Origin: Hydrolagus colliei
Lineage: Eukaryota
Reading direction: 5' to 3'
Assembly (NCBI GenBank): GCA_035084275.1
Contig: CM068743.1
Span: 85,746,001 to 85,810,000 of the forward strand
Length of the DNA: 64,000 nt
The notes under the pieces were generated by a model, which was not told where the DNA came from, searched no databases, and saw only the letters and a program-made list of their open reading frames with translations. Below are positions 39,101-54,100 of the stretch, piece by piece (position 1 is the first letter of the stretch; each line of letters starts with the position of its first letter). The translations under genes were made by a program, and so were the position numbers.

Positions 39101-42100
39101 TGGCCTCCTTTTGTGCCATACGATTCTATGATTCTATGATTCCTGAGGGTCAAAAAAGACATCAAGCTTCTAGGCTGGCTTAGTAAGGTGGAGTGTGCAT
39201 CCTTACATGGTGATGCTGTCAGTGACTGAGGTGTGGAGGTACCGACAGAAGCCAATGACAGGAAAACCAACAGTCTCGTTTACGTTCAATTGTATACAGT
39301 TAGCCCTGTCAGGACAGCAGTAGCATTCTGTCAGGACAGCAGTGATCCTGGAGTCTCGGGTGGAGGTAGAGAGATAGAATAGGGTGCTACTCTACACATG
39401 CACATTCCACATTGCAGTTGATGTCACCAACAGGGAGCATATAGATATTGAAAAGGAGGGAACCAAGGACAAAGCCCTAAAGAACACTGCACAAGATGTT
39501 GCAGAGACTAGAAGAGAAGATGTTTGTGAAGATGAAGTGGAGACAGTGTGAGAGGTAGGATCAGAACTCTTCATGGACTGAGCCATGATGATTGAGGTGA
39601 GAGGATAGGTGATGGATGAGGATTGAGTGGTCAACTGGTAGCAAAGGCAGCAGATAAGTCAAGGAGGACGAGGAGGCAGAAGGAGTAGATGGACAACATG
39701 TCACTTGTCACTTTGACCAAAGCTATTTCTGTGTTGTTGGTGGAACAGAAACCTGATTGGAGGGATCCATAAAGGGAGTGGTGGGAGAGGAACAGGTGCA
39801 GCTGGGCAGCAACAACTTGTTCCAGGACCTTGGAAAGGAAAGGGAGGTTGGAGATGGGGCGACAGTTTGAGAGCGTGGGTGAATCCAGAGAGGGTATTTT
39901 AAGGATAGGAATGATGACGAATTTGAGTCTGCAATGCAATAGGAATGATGACAGTCATTTTTAGAGGGTTGACAATGGTGGACAGGTTTATGAAGTCTGT
40001 GAGTACAGGGGCAAGGAGGTGGAGCTGGGAGATAAGGAGAAGGGTAGAGATGGGGACGAGGAAGCAGGTGGGTTATTGTGATGACGAGAGAGGAGAGGGA
40101 GACTTGAAAACTTCAAAGGTGTGAGGGAGGGATGGGTAGGGCCAGGATGTGAGGAGAAAATGGGGCTGGGGTAGTGGTCTGAAAAGCAAAGGCAGCTGAG
40201 TGGATGCCATTTGGTTTCAAGGAAGTTCAGCATCTCCTTGCTGTTGTCGTTGGAGGAGAGGATGGGTGAGGCATGAGATGGTAGGTGGAGCCAGTTGGTG
40301 ATGGAGAGGAGCTTGGGGTTGTCCTTGGCCTCAAAGATTATCTTGAAGTAGAAGGACAATTTAGCAGAGGCGAGGGTGGAGTGGTACGATTTGATAAGGT
40401 CTGCTCATGGACTGTTAAGTTGGATTGAGCCAGGTCTATTGAGCATGCACATGACCCTTAAGGGAGTGGAGGTGACTGGTGTACCAGTATGACTTCCATA
40501 AGTAGGAGATGGTTCGGGAAGTGAGTGGGGTGCATGGGCATTAAAAGTGATGCAGTAGGAGTTGTGAAGAAGAGTGACCGAGGAGGATAGATCGTTGTGG
40601 GAGGAAGCCCAGAGGAGGAGGCGTTCAGGTGACTCAGGGCAGCAGAGAGTGGGGGTGGCAAGAATTTGTTGCAGGAGATTGGGTGACGATGGGGCAGGGT
40701 GATTGAGGAGTTAAAGGAGATGAAGTCATGGTTCAAGGTGGCATTACCCCAAACGATATTACTTCTGATCCACTGCTTATTATTTTAAAACTAATGCAAT
40801 TCAACTGTGTGGTGTCCCTCTTGATCTGTACTAATAGCCTATTACTCGGCTAATCTTTTTCCAGTTCGACACTGTGTTTCTATGATTGCTGTGAGTTCAA
40901 TAGATATGCTCTCCCATCTGATATTACTTCCAACATGTTTTTTTCATTGTTATTTGATTTGTTGTATACCTTCTTGTGTAAAATAGTTGAGGCAGATAGA
41001 ATTAATTCGCATGGTATCGAAAACTGTTTACCAAATAGAGACAAATATCCAGGATTTACTGGGATCTGCAGTGATATATTGTTTATCCATGTTCAGACAG
41101 CAATATAACAGAAACCTCTCTACAATCTGTACTATAAATTGATTGGTTTCTCATTCACAGATAGATGATCTCTAAACATTGCATCTTAATATGCTTAGCA
41201 CCAACACATCTTCAACACATGCAACAAAGGTTTGCTTAACATTTATTAACTTGAGACAGATAGAATAATGAATAATCTGAAATGAACCACAGATGTAAGA
41301 AGCTTTAAATTATTTTGGGGTCATTACCTGCATGAGTGTACTCAAGCTGAAAAATAATGAGCAGTTCTTAAAGAGACTTATCTGTCATTTCATGTAATAT
41401 CCTTTCAGCAATTATAATAAATAGGCATCACTGTTTCAGGTTCAGGCTGGTAGCACAGGTACAAAATAGCAATAAGCAGAACATAAAGCCTATTTGCCAT
41501 GTTTCTTAATGGATTTCCTTAATCATTCCTGTTGGCATTCCTGTCAATCTTTGAGAACTCTGCCCTGGAAGTAAAATCTATTGATGTGGAATTCCAACGG
41601 GGTGTCGTGATGTACTTCTGGCAATAAAAATCCTCATTTGCACAACTCAGATTAGTAGCCTTTACATTTGGTATAGGCCATTCACCTGGGGAAGATGTCT
41701 CTAAAGTGCTTCATGGGCAAACAAAGTCCCAATGTCTGAATATAACCATTTAGTGAATGACCATTTTTTTATCTATAGGCTTATAGACCAGGACATTTAG
41801 AAAACCTCCCTTCTCTTGTCAAATAGTGCCATGAAATCTTCAACATCCACTCGGATGGGATGAACACTCAGGTGGGATCTTGGTTCAACATCTCATTTGA
41901 AGAGCAGAACTTCCAGCAATGCAGTACTCTCCTGACAGTATATTTAAGTGTCAGCTCAGACAGTGAGCTAAAAGTCCTGATATAGGCCTTGAACTCACAG
42001 CTGTATGACTCAGAAGTGATAATGCTACCAACTGAACCGGGTTGATACCTCCTGAGACAGACTAACTCCTGTCACCATTGGGCTCTAGTGTGCAGGTTAG

Positions 42101-45100
42101 CTTAGCTGAATCAAAAAACTTTGAACCCATATATGCCATCTAATGCTTTGATGAATTCTTGAAGTTGAATTTTGAGACAATAAACCAAGATCCCATTTGC
42201 CCTAAATAGAATTGTTTGCTCACTCTATGACTGTTTATGGCATTTGCAGTGGGCAAATTGGCCACAATACTAGCCCACAAACTACACAGAAACTCAACTT
42301 TAAAGTATTTCCTGTGAAGTGCTTTGGGACATCTCAACGATGTGAAAAGTTACTGTATAAAGTGCAAGGAAAACATTATTATTATTACTATTATTATAGC
42401 TTCTGGGCAATTAGCCCATCTGTATTTTAGACTCTTGTATATGATATACAGATGAATACACAGTGTTAATATTGTGAGCTGTCACCAGCTGAAACCCACC
42501 TTGGGTAGCGGAGCAGCAATCTAAATAGAACAGCTGTCAGCTTCAGAGGGCCTTAATCAACAGGGCAGAACAACTGAAGATGAACAGGTTCTCCTGCTAC
42601 TCACAGAAAGCCAACAATGATAAACATGCAAACCTCTTCCTCACACAGCAAGAACATTCCCCTGTTCAAAAAATTTTATTATTCGAGATTTGTAAACAAT
42701 TCTCAAAAAACTAAATCCAGAACAATATTTTAGGATGAGCCAAGATAGTAGAACAAGTGGACATGGGTTTGGATTTGCAAAGCACCAGAACAAACACATG
42801 GCAGTTTTCTTTATACACCAGATAACTAATAACTGGGACAGATTGCTGGGGAGGGTGGTTGTGGCCATATCACTGGTCTCATTTAAAAAAACAGCTTAAT
42901 GCTGTGATGGGAAGATGATAGGGTGGGTTTTCTGGAACTATGAGATCAAATGGGCTGCAGGGCCCTCTTCATCTAAACCTTGCAATTTTGTGATTCCTAG
43001 TCTATAACATAAAGTATATAATATATTAGAATATATAATGTATATAAATATACAATATATCTACAGAGAATATTCTTGCCATAGGTTTTTGAACTCCTGT
43101 GTGTATACAAATGAAAAGCACAAAGAGATGTGGAGTTATCACATCAAACACATAATAAAACAGTACTAATTTCTTAGAGTTGTGATGATGAATTCTGAGT
43201 TCAGTAACCATCCTCCCAACATAATAAAAAACAGAGTTGTCCATTCGGTGGGTCTGCTAGTCAGACGATCAGATAGATATTGTTTTAAAGAGGAAATTAT
43301 TCAATTAATTTTATTTGAAGTAGAAATTGTATGAATGGAACAGCCGAGCCAATAAATAGGAACTTATTAACCAATATTGACTCTTCATGGCAATTCCTTT
43401 CCCATGTTAACTGACGTGCTCACTGGAATCCTACTGTCTTCAAAGAGTTTAATTAAATAAAGAGGAAGTGTCATACAACAAATGAAGGAAGAAATATATG
43501 TATAAATATAGACTGTTTAATGTTCACACAATATTTGAGCAATAATTCACATTTCACTATCCTCATGATGGAAAGGATCCAACATAAAGCTTTCCAATTA
43601 AAGTATACTTTGATTCAACCTGTGTTGCAGATTTGCGTCAATGCTCTTGAATTCAATTGAAGCTCCACTGTTATGAGCATTGAGCACAAAATCAGGTTGT
43701 GGTGATTTGGGACTGAATTAATATTCATCTTCACAAAAAGCAGATTTAAAGTTATTCCCATACCTTTGTTGCAGCATCAAAGCAGACAAAACCCATGTTG
43801 AAGTCTATGGTCAGTCCCATGAGATGACTCTCCAGTACACATGGATACGTCTTGCACTGTAATAGCAGAAAATATAACTGTATATAATAATAATCCTTGC
43901 ATTTGATATGCTACTTTTCACGTCTTCTAGACATCTCAAAGCTTCATAGAATGCACTGTAAAGTGAATTGAACCCAGGTCTCTCATTTGTAAGGCAAATG
44001 CTCTCACCGCTGAGCTACAGGACTCCAGGTTGTGTATAAAGTGAGGCATATTATAATAATAATCCGTATATATGACACAAGTCCTACAAATCCAAATATC
44101 TCTAAGTGCTTCATGGGAAACTGCTGACAAGTATAGTGGCTGTGTAATTGTAGGTCAAAGGCCAATTTATAAACTTGCATTTCTATTTGTGATGCTTACT
44201 GTTTTCAAAGGTTTTAATGAATATACTTTTAGAATATAACCAAACAGTTATAATCTTTTTAGTATAGCCTTCCTTAGTTATCAGGGCATGAACAAGGGTC
44301 TATGCATTACCAATTATGTGTGGAGTCGTGTAGCTCAGTGCTAAACCACTTGCCTCACAAGCGAGGTATCTGGGTTTGATTTTTGACAAGGCGAAATATT
44401 GCGCAAGTTTCCTTACTCCATTTGTCTTTGTTTTTCTCGCAGGGAATAGGAACCCAGTTGTTAGTCAATTGGCAGTTTGCTTTTCTGGGGTAAAAATTCC
44501 TTAAAAACAAAAATAAAAATTTGGTAATTCAATCCAGGACTATTTGTGGGACGCTGCTGTGCATAATTAGCTTCCACCTTTCACCCATACAATATACAAT
44601 CAATTCACTTTACAGTACATTCTGTGATGCGCTTTGAAATGTCTGGAAAAAGTGATAAGGTACTATATAATAATAATCCTTGCATTTGATATAGCGCTTT
44701 TCAAGTCTTCCTCGACATCTCAAAACATATCAAATGCAAGCATTATTATTGGTGTTATTGTTATTGCAAAGATACAAAATGATTATTGTTGTTGTTGCTA
44801 ATTAATGTTAGCAAATGAAACGATATATTGGTTTGACCCCAGCTGAGGTCAGTTTCTGATCATTTTCTCTTGTTCAATACCAAGGTCTCATGTCATCCTC
44901 CCATCTAAGAATTGAATAATCATGTCCTTGAGCACAGATATGAAAATAAAGGAGTGCTTATTTCAAGACTAAGAAACAGGAAGGTGGTAAAATTGTCCCA
45001 ATTTGCTGTCCAAATTGTTATTTTCTCATGCAAAAAGAGTCCACTCAAAGATCTCCGGCAGCCCGCGAAGGGTAAGGGCTATCCCTGTGACAATGGGAGA

Positions 45101-48100
45101 CAGAGTTAGAAACATATAAAAGAAAGATGTAACTGTGAGTTGTCATCGAGGATCAGTGCACTTCCCAGTGACATTGATATTGATTCTGTTGTATCTATGG
45201 TCTCAGTTTTAAGAATAAATTAAGCAGTTTGTATTAATGTATTTAATAAACCTTGGATTATTACATCACACCATTACACAATTTGTTGTCTCCATCTAAA
45301 TCTCTTCTGTAATTACACACCATAATATTATTCTATCATATATATATATATATGCTATTATTGTATAACTCCTGTTATGAATTGCGACAATTTAGAGCAT
45401 TTTTTTATTGAACTGGAAAGTTAAATGCTGAATTCCTTTCTCAAATAGCATTCTTTGTATTTACTGCACTCAATATTTTTCCAGCTCAGAGAGAGAGGAT
45501 TTAGAGAGCAAAGATACATGTCTTGTAACAAAACATAATTGAGAAATACACTCATGGATACCTCGAGAAATCAGCATTTGTTTACAAAATATAAAACAAC
45601 TTATCGAGTTGTTTTCTATCAAATAGTAAATCATGCTTCTCATTCTTGACCTTGTGCTATCAGCAAGAGGATCAAGGAAACTATTGGAGAATGTTAAATG
45701 CCTCTATAAAGGTGCCTCTTTCAACCATACGTATGGACACCTTCCATTTCAGTCTGAATCAGTGTCCACCTATGCTGTGCTCCAAGACACTATCCAGTGT
45801 GAAAGGCGCTATATAGATGCAAGTTTTGTTACACAAAAGAAACATTGAGCAAACCACGTGAAGATTTCATAAACACAAAGTAATTTAAGAGCTCCTCGAT
45901 CAATGTTTTTTCTTTAAATATGTACTTTGTTTCACCATGTTTGAGAAAGCAGAAATCAAAAGGAAAAATCTCACAGTCAGGATTTAGATCCCTTTAAGTC
46001 CCAGATCTGTCATGCAGTGGCTACTTATACACAGAACAAAGATGCACATGCAAATGTGAGCAATCAAGAGTGTTATGAATTGTCAGAGATGGTTTTGGTC
46101 AGTAGCCCCTTCAGAGTCTCTTGATAATGCCTGTGAGACAAGTGGCAGCCTGGACATAAATGTGCTCATACATAAGCAGGAGCTCTGGTAACAGAATAAA
46201 ACCCACAGGATCTTGGCTTTCTGCCCAGCCGAACATCACCTGGATTCAAGCTCGTGAAGCTAAATCGGGTGTTATTCCACTCAGTTCCCTACAAATAATT
46301 AATTTGTCGATGTAGGTATGGGGGAGGTGAGAAAACATTACTCTGTTCGGTAAATTATGAAAATCATCCTGTTCACTTAAAACACAAATCTAGTGGTGGG
46401 GGTTTTGTCATCCCAATCTTCAGGAGTGATCTAAAGACAAGCAAGTAGAGGGCAAAGTGGAGGGATTGAGGTAGCTTGATGATTTGATGGAAGGATAGTA
46501 GGTTGGATATTCTGGAACAATGAGAATAAAATGGCCTTCTTCATCCAAACCAATCTTGTGATTAGATGAGAAAGCATTGATGACATTCTGTTTGCCTGCA
46601 TGAGAGAGGTGCTGAAGAAATGTATTGTGCACGTAACTTTTGTTTTATACAGTATATAATTCATGACAAGTTAGTTTTGGTAATACCTGTATTCGTTCAA
46701 CCTCCAGGAATGTTGATGTTTGGAAGGCCTTCTCCCAGAGAATGAGTTCATACTCTAATTCCAGACTGAAGAGTAAGTCCTCGCCATTTTCTGTCTGCAC
46801 ACTAAAGCTGTATTTCCGCCGGTCCCATAGATCACTGTCCTGATGAAAACCTGAAGTTATATAATCTGGCACACATCAATTAATATTTTTACCAAGCACA
46901 CACATCCATATTCACATATATACTCCTACCCCCAACACCATCACTCCCCCCAACCCACCCAATCCCCACCCCCACACACATATATCCTATCAGACATCAA
47001 CAACCACAAAATTATACTTGTATAGCGCCTTTCACATCAGGAGGACGTTGAAAGGTGCTGGACAGTCATTGTTTCAGACACAATTAGGGTCTGGGACGGG
47101 GAGGGGGAGGTAAAGGTGGGGATTTGGGGTGACCGATGGGATCACTGAAGAGGAGTCTCTTCACACAGGAGTTGAAGGAGACCAGGGAGGGGGCGAGGCG
47201 GAGGGACTGTGAATGGCAGGCGAGCCTTCAATTACTCTACCCCCCACCCAACCAGTTGCAGAGGTTGGGGGTAGAGTACTTGAAGGCTCGCCTGCCAATC
47301 ATGGGGCGGGTGGATCAGGGGACGTGGAGCAGACCAGAGCCTGCTGATGAGAGCCAACTTTCTTGTTGAATGGCAGCAAGACTGAGTCTCTCCTGATTGG
47401 CTCATGTCAATGCCTCAGTACCTCAGGCACTGGCAGCATCAGCATCCACAGATGCACACTCCACTTCACCAAGCCAATCAGGAACCAAGGTTTCCTGTTT
47501 GACCCTGAACTGTGCTTTCTTCCCCAAATCCATAACATGATCTGCCCTGCCTTCTCCCACCTCCTCAACATTGCTTAACTCCACCACTACTTCATCCCTG
47601 AGGCCGTTGATACCCTCATGCAATCATTCATTACATCTAAGCTCGACTATGCCAACTCCCTGCCTGTCGGCCTTCCCAACTCTTCCACAAGCTGTAGATC
47701 ATCCAGAACTCTGCAGCTCATGTCCTCTCCTGAACCAAGCTTTGTGACCCCATCACACCTACACTCACCCAGCTCCACTGTCTCCCCATCCCTCAGATGA
47801 TCGAGTTCAAAAATCTGGTACTCACCTTCATGGTCCTCCACAGCCTTGCCGCCCTTCTGCTTCTCCGACCTGCTAACCACCTGTTAACCTGTCTGCTCCC
47901 TCCACTTAGCAGGATTCGGCCTGCTGCATGGCCTCTACCCAGCAGACCCCACCATCGATAGTCAAGCCTTCAGCCTCCCTGCCCACACCCTCTAGAACTC
48001 CATCCCACATTCCCTTTGCTTTGCTCCCTCCCTTGCTTCCTTCAATGCACACTTCAAGACCCTCCTTTTCAACCACCCTCCTCCACCCTCCTTGATCCAT

Positions 48101-51100
48101 ATCCCCCTCCCCGAACTGTGCAAGTTCTAATAGCCAACTGTTTTGTGCCTTTGGGTGTCCTCCCAGCATAAAAGGCACTTTACAAATGTAATTTTGTACT
48201 GTATTATATTCACACTCACATGTACACCCCTATACACATCCACACTCACACAGTCACAAATGTACATGCATATGAACACAACCACACTTGTACACACAAA
48301 CACACATTCACAAATATACACACATACACATAAAAAAAAAAAACATGATTGTGTTGCTCGTACATAGCTCCATTGGACAGAAAATGGACTGGTCTTTTTC
48401 ACAGTGGAAAGGAACAGCACTTCTTATATTTTCTTAATATGCAACTGAGCAGCTGTATTTACGAAACAAGCCAAGGAGTGAGAGAATTCATATATGACCT
48501 GTCAAGCCCAGATTTCTGACTCTATTCCTATTTAAGACAGGATATGTATCTTTCCAATTGCTCTGCATGATACTATTGTCCACTAGGGATAAATTGCACC
48601 ATTTTTCCTGCTTGTGAAATGATACTTGCAAATTGCAATACAGTACATGTTTCATCAACGGTGCACAGCAGGTGTATCTGTTTGAGATAGGTCAATTGTT
48701 TCATTTTTGCATTAACTTTGTCAAGATGTTCAGAGTTTCTCTACATTACAGGAAGTGTTTGTAAGTATGGCCCATGAGCCATGGTTACCAGGGGGCCAGA
48801 GTTTCTATGGCCCATCTGCTAGAAGATAGGAGCAGCTGTCTCCGATTTCAATAGCAGATACAAGTTTAACTAAATCACTTAAAAGTACCTTATAAAAACA
48901 AATAAGGTAATTTAGATAATCAATGTTCCTAATTTGTCCCCTATGTGAAGTTTTCCCCTTGTAAAATAAGACAGATGAATATTTTTATTGGGCCAATAAC
49001 TGGGACATATGACCTCCCTCCTGTGATTCACAAGATCACTCTATAAACATCGGTTGATTTTAATGATTCACAATGCAGCAACTGTCTACAACACAACAGC
49101 TCTGTAGAAAGCTATGTGGTGCGCTTCCCAAGATAAATCAAGTAAATCTGATTCAATGCCTCCAATGATCTCTATAAAGATTTCCATTGTCCACCATTCG
49201 TGGAGCTCCTGTGGCTTAGTGGTTGGAGCAAGCACTTGTCTTGCAAGCTGGGGAGACCTGTGTTCGAATCCAGGTCAGGGCGAAACCTTGGGCAAGTTTC
49301 CTTACTCCACACACCTAATAATAATCTGTCCAAAAAAACAATAATAAAATTGGTCATTTCAATCCACGACTGTTTGTGGGACAATGCTGTACGCAATTGG
49401 CTGCCGCAATTCACCCACAAATATACAGTCAATTCACTTTATAGAATATTCTGTGAAGCGCTTTGGGATGTCGATAAGGTGTGAAAAGCGCTATATCAAA
49501 TGCAAGGATTATTATTATTATTATTCGAGTCAAATGCCTGCCTTCATTAATCAAATCTCTGGAGACCTCAGTATAGCTGTTACCTCTTCCTAGAACATCA
49601 AACAGATATTGACAATGGCTATTTAGGTCAAAAGTACTCTCAGTATAACATCACAAGACTGGTTCGGATGATGATGGCCCTTTGGCCTCTGATCTCATCC
49701 TTTCAGAATACCTACCCTACCAGTCTCCCATCACAGCATCAAGGTACTATTTTAAAAAATGAACCCACCATCCTTGTCTCAACCACCTTTCCAACCAACA
49801 ATCCAATTGTCACAGGCAGTGAATTGAAATTGCAATACTGGTTGTGTGCTAACTGTTGTCACAAATCTGAGATGTGTGTCCACACTCATGAAGCAGTATT
49901 CTATTATTGAATGTCTTGATTAAGGTATCAGCAATGTAATGATGAACACATCACACAGCACAATGTTTAGTCCAATTATTAAGTCCTGTATTAAGTCACA
50001 TAGGAATGAAAAAGACCATTGCAGTTGATGTGTTCAGGGCCAAAGCAAACTGATGCAGCAATATAAAAATTCTTTAGAATTTCTATTTTAAATAATGTTT
50101 ATTTGTAAATTCAAGCCTTTCGGTCCTTTATTGTAGATACTGATACAATGTGCTTGTTCATACCTTCAGGATTTTGCACATAATTTCATAGACTACATAA
50201 CTCCTCACAGCTCTTGTCCAGTCCCACGTTGTTACCTAAGGAAAGAAAATAATCTTTATGTACTCATAAAATTGTAATTTTATGTAAATAATCTGTTGAG
50301 GCTTTAGTTTGCTTCAATTCAGGATGTAGGCAACAGGATTAAAGCACAATAAGAAATTGATTAAATACATTATTGGAGCATTAAGAAAAAAGAATACAGG
50401 ATTGCAAATGAATTGATTGCTGGGTTTCAACAAATCATTGGCTTCACTCCCAACATATTAATAAAGGCACACATGTGGAGATTAATTTTTCAGCATTCCT
50501 TAATTATAATTCCATTAAAATTCCTAGAATTCAGCCATGAAACTAAAGAATTGCAAGTCCTGTTCTGTGAAAATTATTGGACTCATATCTTGAAAGTTCG
50601 CCAACTTCAATTCATTTCTCGTTTCTAAAGCACAGTATCTGTATTTTGTTTAAGTTGCATGCAATAATATGATATGTGCAGTAAAGTGTTTTGTGTTGTT
50701 TCTGAGGACATCTATTCTTAGGTTGTTTGTCTATTTTTAGTTTTGTTTGTAGTCACTGCATTTTACGGTATATATTCTATGAGGTGCTTTGAGACGTTTT
50801 CCCAGTGTGAAAAGGCGCAATAAGAAATGCAAGGATTATTATTAGGACTATGTTGCATGAGTATTACATGATTTGTAGGAGTTAAAAAGTAATGGTATCA
50901 AGAGAGGATGTATCAAGCATTCTATTTTTTTCAAAAAGACCATCTTGTAAACTTGACTGTAAACATAAAACAAAACCTTAATCTCTGGAAGGAACAACTG
51001 GAGTGTCCCTGTTGTTTCAATACAAACCAAGGCTGAGGAATCACTTGTCTCAGGCCCATTGTTACACCAATGGATTAAATAGATTACTTTGCTGGTTACT

Positions 51101-54100
51101 TTACACCAGGGTGTCTGTACTATATATCGTAACTGAATAAACCACTAACTGCAAAAGGCGAACTGGAATATTACAATTTCTCAGAGCAGAAACAAACACA
51201 ACAAACAGAGATAATAACAGAGGCCACAGTTTCTCTATACTGTACTGTACTGTACTCCACAGTGAAAGTTCAATTTTATGACTGCTAGCATAGTGATGCC
51301 CATTATAACATTGTATATAATAATAATCCTTGTATTTGTTGGAGCACTTTTCATGTCTTCTAGAAGTGCTTCACAGAATATTCTGTAAAGTGAATTGAAT
51401 TGAATGAATTGAATATTTGTGGGTGAAATGCGGCAGATAATTACGCACAGCAGTGTCTCACAATCAGTCGTGGATTAAAGTGACACATTTATTATTGGGT
51501 TTCTTCTTGAGGAATTATTATCAGGTGTGTGGAGTAAAGAAACTTGCTTAAGGTTTCTCCCTACCGGGAATCAAACCCACGTCTCTTGCTTGCAAACCGA
51601 ATGCTTTAACCACTGAGATACAGGATTCCACATGGGGTAACAAGGGGTGGGGGCTGTAAAATCCCAACTAGTCCTCTCACAGGCACAAGCGCTCGAGACA
51701 TTGCATACGCAGGCAAAAAGACATCTCCATTGTATTAAGAAGCAATCTTTTACAGAAGCCAGTTAATTATCTATTGATCTCTGCTGAAAGAGGAGCTAAA
51801 ATCTGCAGCCATCAGATCCCTAGTGTCTATCTGTTACTTAGAATCAGTCGTGCTAACTACTGGGAGAATCATTCAATCTGATTGAAATGAGTACGTGATC
51901 TGAAAGATGATTTGAGAAAAAAAAAAGTTTAAGCAACAAATAGACAAATATATTCCCAACCCCTTATCTCCCACCCCAGCTTGTGTCCCCAACCAGGAAT
52001 GTCAAGTAGTTTGAGACGCTCTCCCAATCTACAAATGTAAATTACATTGTATTATATAGTTTCAGATTCAGAACCAAGCTGAATCAGATCTAAAGTATAT
52101 CCTCTGCTAAATGCCTCCAACAGGTTTCAAATCACTGAAAGGCAATGAACAATAAATATAGCACCTCAGAAAGTCTTTTTGGTTATGTAAATGATGTGGG
52201 ATGTTGTACTGGGGGAATTCAGTGCACAGATGCAATGATGCAATTGTAGTCAAACCTTTCACGAAGGTTTGAAAGTGGAATGCAGCATATTGTAGTGGGC
52301 GAAAAAAAAATATTAGCGCATGACTTCACAATTTATAACCTGAATTAAATGCAACACTTGTTCTGCTTTCCTTCTGAACAGTGTCTGTTACACATGCCGC
52401 TTTTAAAAATGAGTTTCCAAAGTACATTGCTTCTCCACATGTTTTGTTTACTTCTGTGTTCATACTCAGAACACTCACTGTGAGCTTGCTTCTCTGTGTG
52501 TCAAATAAAATTGTCCCATCATTGTAACCACAGAAGGTATAACAAGGATAATGTAAAGAAATCCATTTTGTTGTTCATGCATCAAGTAATAAATACCTCA
52601 AGCTCAATGCAAAACAAACAACAACAACAACCCCAAAATTGCAATTATATAGCGCCTTTCACATCGGGAGGACGTCCCAAAGCGCTAAACAGTCAGATCG
52701 GGGGTCCCGAGCGGGAGGTGGGGGGGGGGTGGGGGAGTAGGGGGAGGGGAGGGGGATGGGGAAGGAAGGGGAAAGCAAAGATATCAACTGAGTAGCTGCA
52801 ACAGAAAAACTAATTAAAAATGCACATTGAATAATTCAAAATCAAACAAAACCACATACCGGAGGTGCTGTGAATTTGTAGAGGCAAGAACCCCTCAAGG
52901 CTAGATACCTTGTTGTGTACAGTTTATCCTGCAATGAGTCGGCCTCTCGATCATCTACCCAGCCCATGTAGATTATCTGACAAAGAAATCAATAGCATAA
53001 AATAGTCTCACATCCAGGGAGCTATTACAGTGATGTGCAGAAGCAAAGAGAACATTCAGATGCAAAGCAGTTCCATATCAACATTTCTAATCTCCTAAGA
53101 TTATTTTCCTTAAAACAATCGGGCACAGAATTATCTTTGTTCTTCGCACTGAATAACTTGCCTTTTGTATTTCCCAAATAAAGTAATACACTATAGAAAA
53201 CAATGGTAAACCGCTTTATATTTGAACCTGTGCTATTTCCCTCTCCAATTCATTTCCCTTCTCTTCGGAAAAATATCTAAATGTAAAAGAAGGCTAAATG
53301 ATCAAAGTCATCAAACTTTACAAAAGCAAAATTGTTGATTTCAGTTAAATAATGCATTGAGGTCAAGGAATTAATGATTTAAATGGAGAAGTGAACGATA
53401 CATGAATTAAATGTGTCTTACAAAGCAAGTGAATTTCAACCGTTTCACCAATTCTGCAGGATCTTTGGACACAGATGAATGATCTCAAAAAGCTGAAATG
53501 AAAATAAATGGACCTAGAATTTTCCCATTTTGTATGAATTATGACAGAGATATTTACAGCATCAACTGACTGCATTGGTAGAGGGAGGGGAGATAGCTCT
53601 GACTTGGAACATGTTGATATATCTTTGTTGCCACAACATTCAAAATGAAGCTTTCAAAAGTTGTTGCATATTAACTTTAATAACATAAGTGGTGATTAAG
53701 TATGGTGTGTTGCATATTAGATTTAACAACATAAGTGGCAATTAAGTATCGGACAAGTACATATGGATTCTGGGAAGAATGACTTGAAAGAGTTGGAGAG
53801 AGAGAGTGGAAGAGGGGATTGGAAAGAAGCTAGATTGTAAAATTGCATTAAAGATTGGATTGAATCAACATTGCGTTTTGTGGATTAAATAATGTTACAC
53901 ACAGTATTCTTACACTATTTAGCAAACAGTTCTAACTCAATTTCTCAATTGCAATATGGGTTCAGACTGATGACTTGCGGTGGGTGAAATGACAGGGTAG
54001 GCACTTTTGGGGGTGTGGCTTTAGGACATCACTGAGACTGAGAAAGGAACTACATTCAACTCAACAGGTAAAAAAGGCACGGCATCTTGCTGCCTTTCTG

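Noticed and set aside
46840-46872. N-terminal extension MPDYITSGFHQ of the ORF-track protein, or an alternative acceptor 11 nt upstream
   Set aside because: Intronic read-through; the upstream AG would shift the frame.
49201-49275. tRNA gene
   Set aside because: It is a SINE head: no complete acceptor stem, the anticodon loop varies among copies, and it runs into the SINE body.
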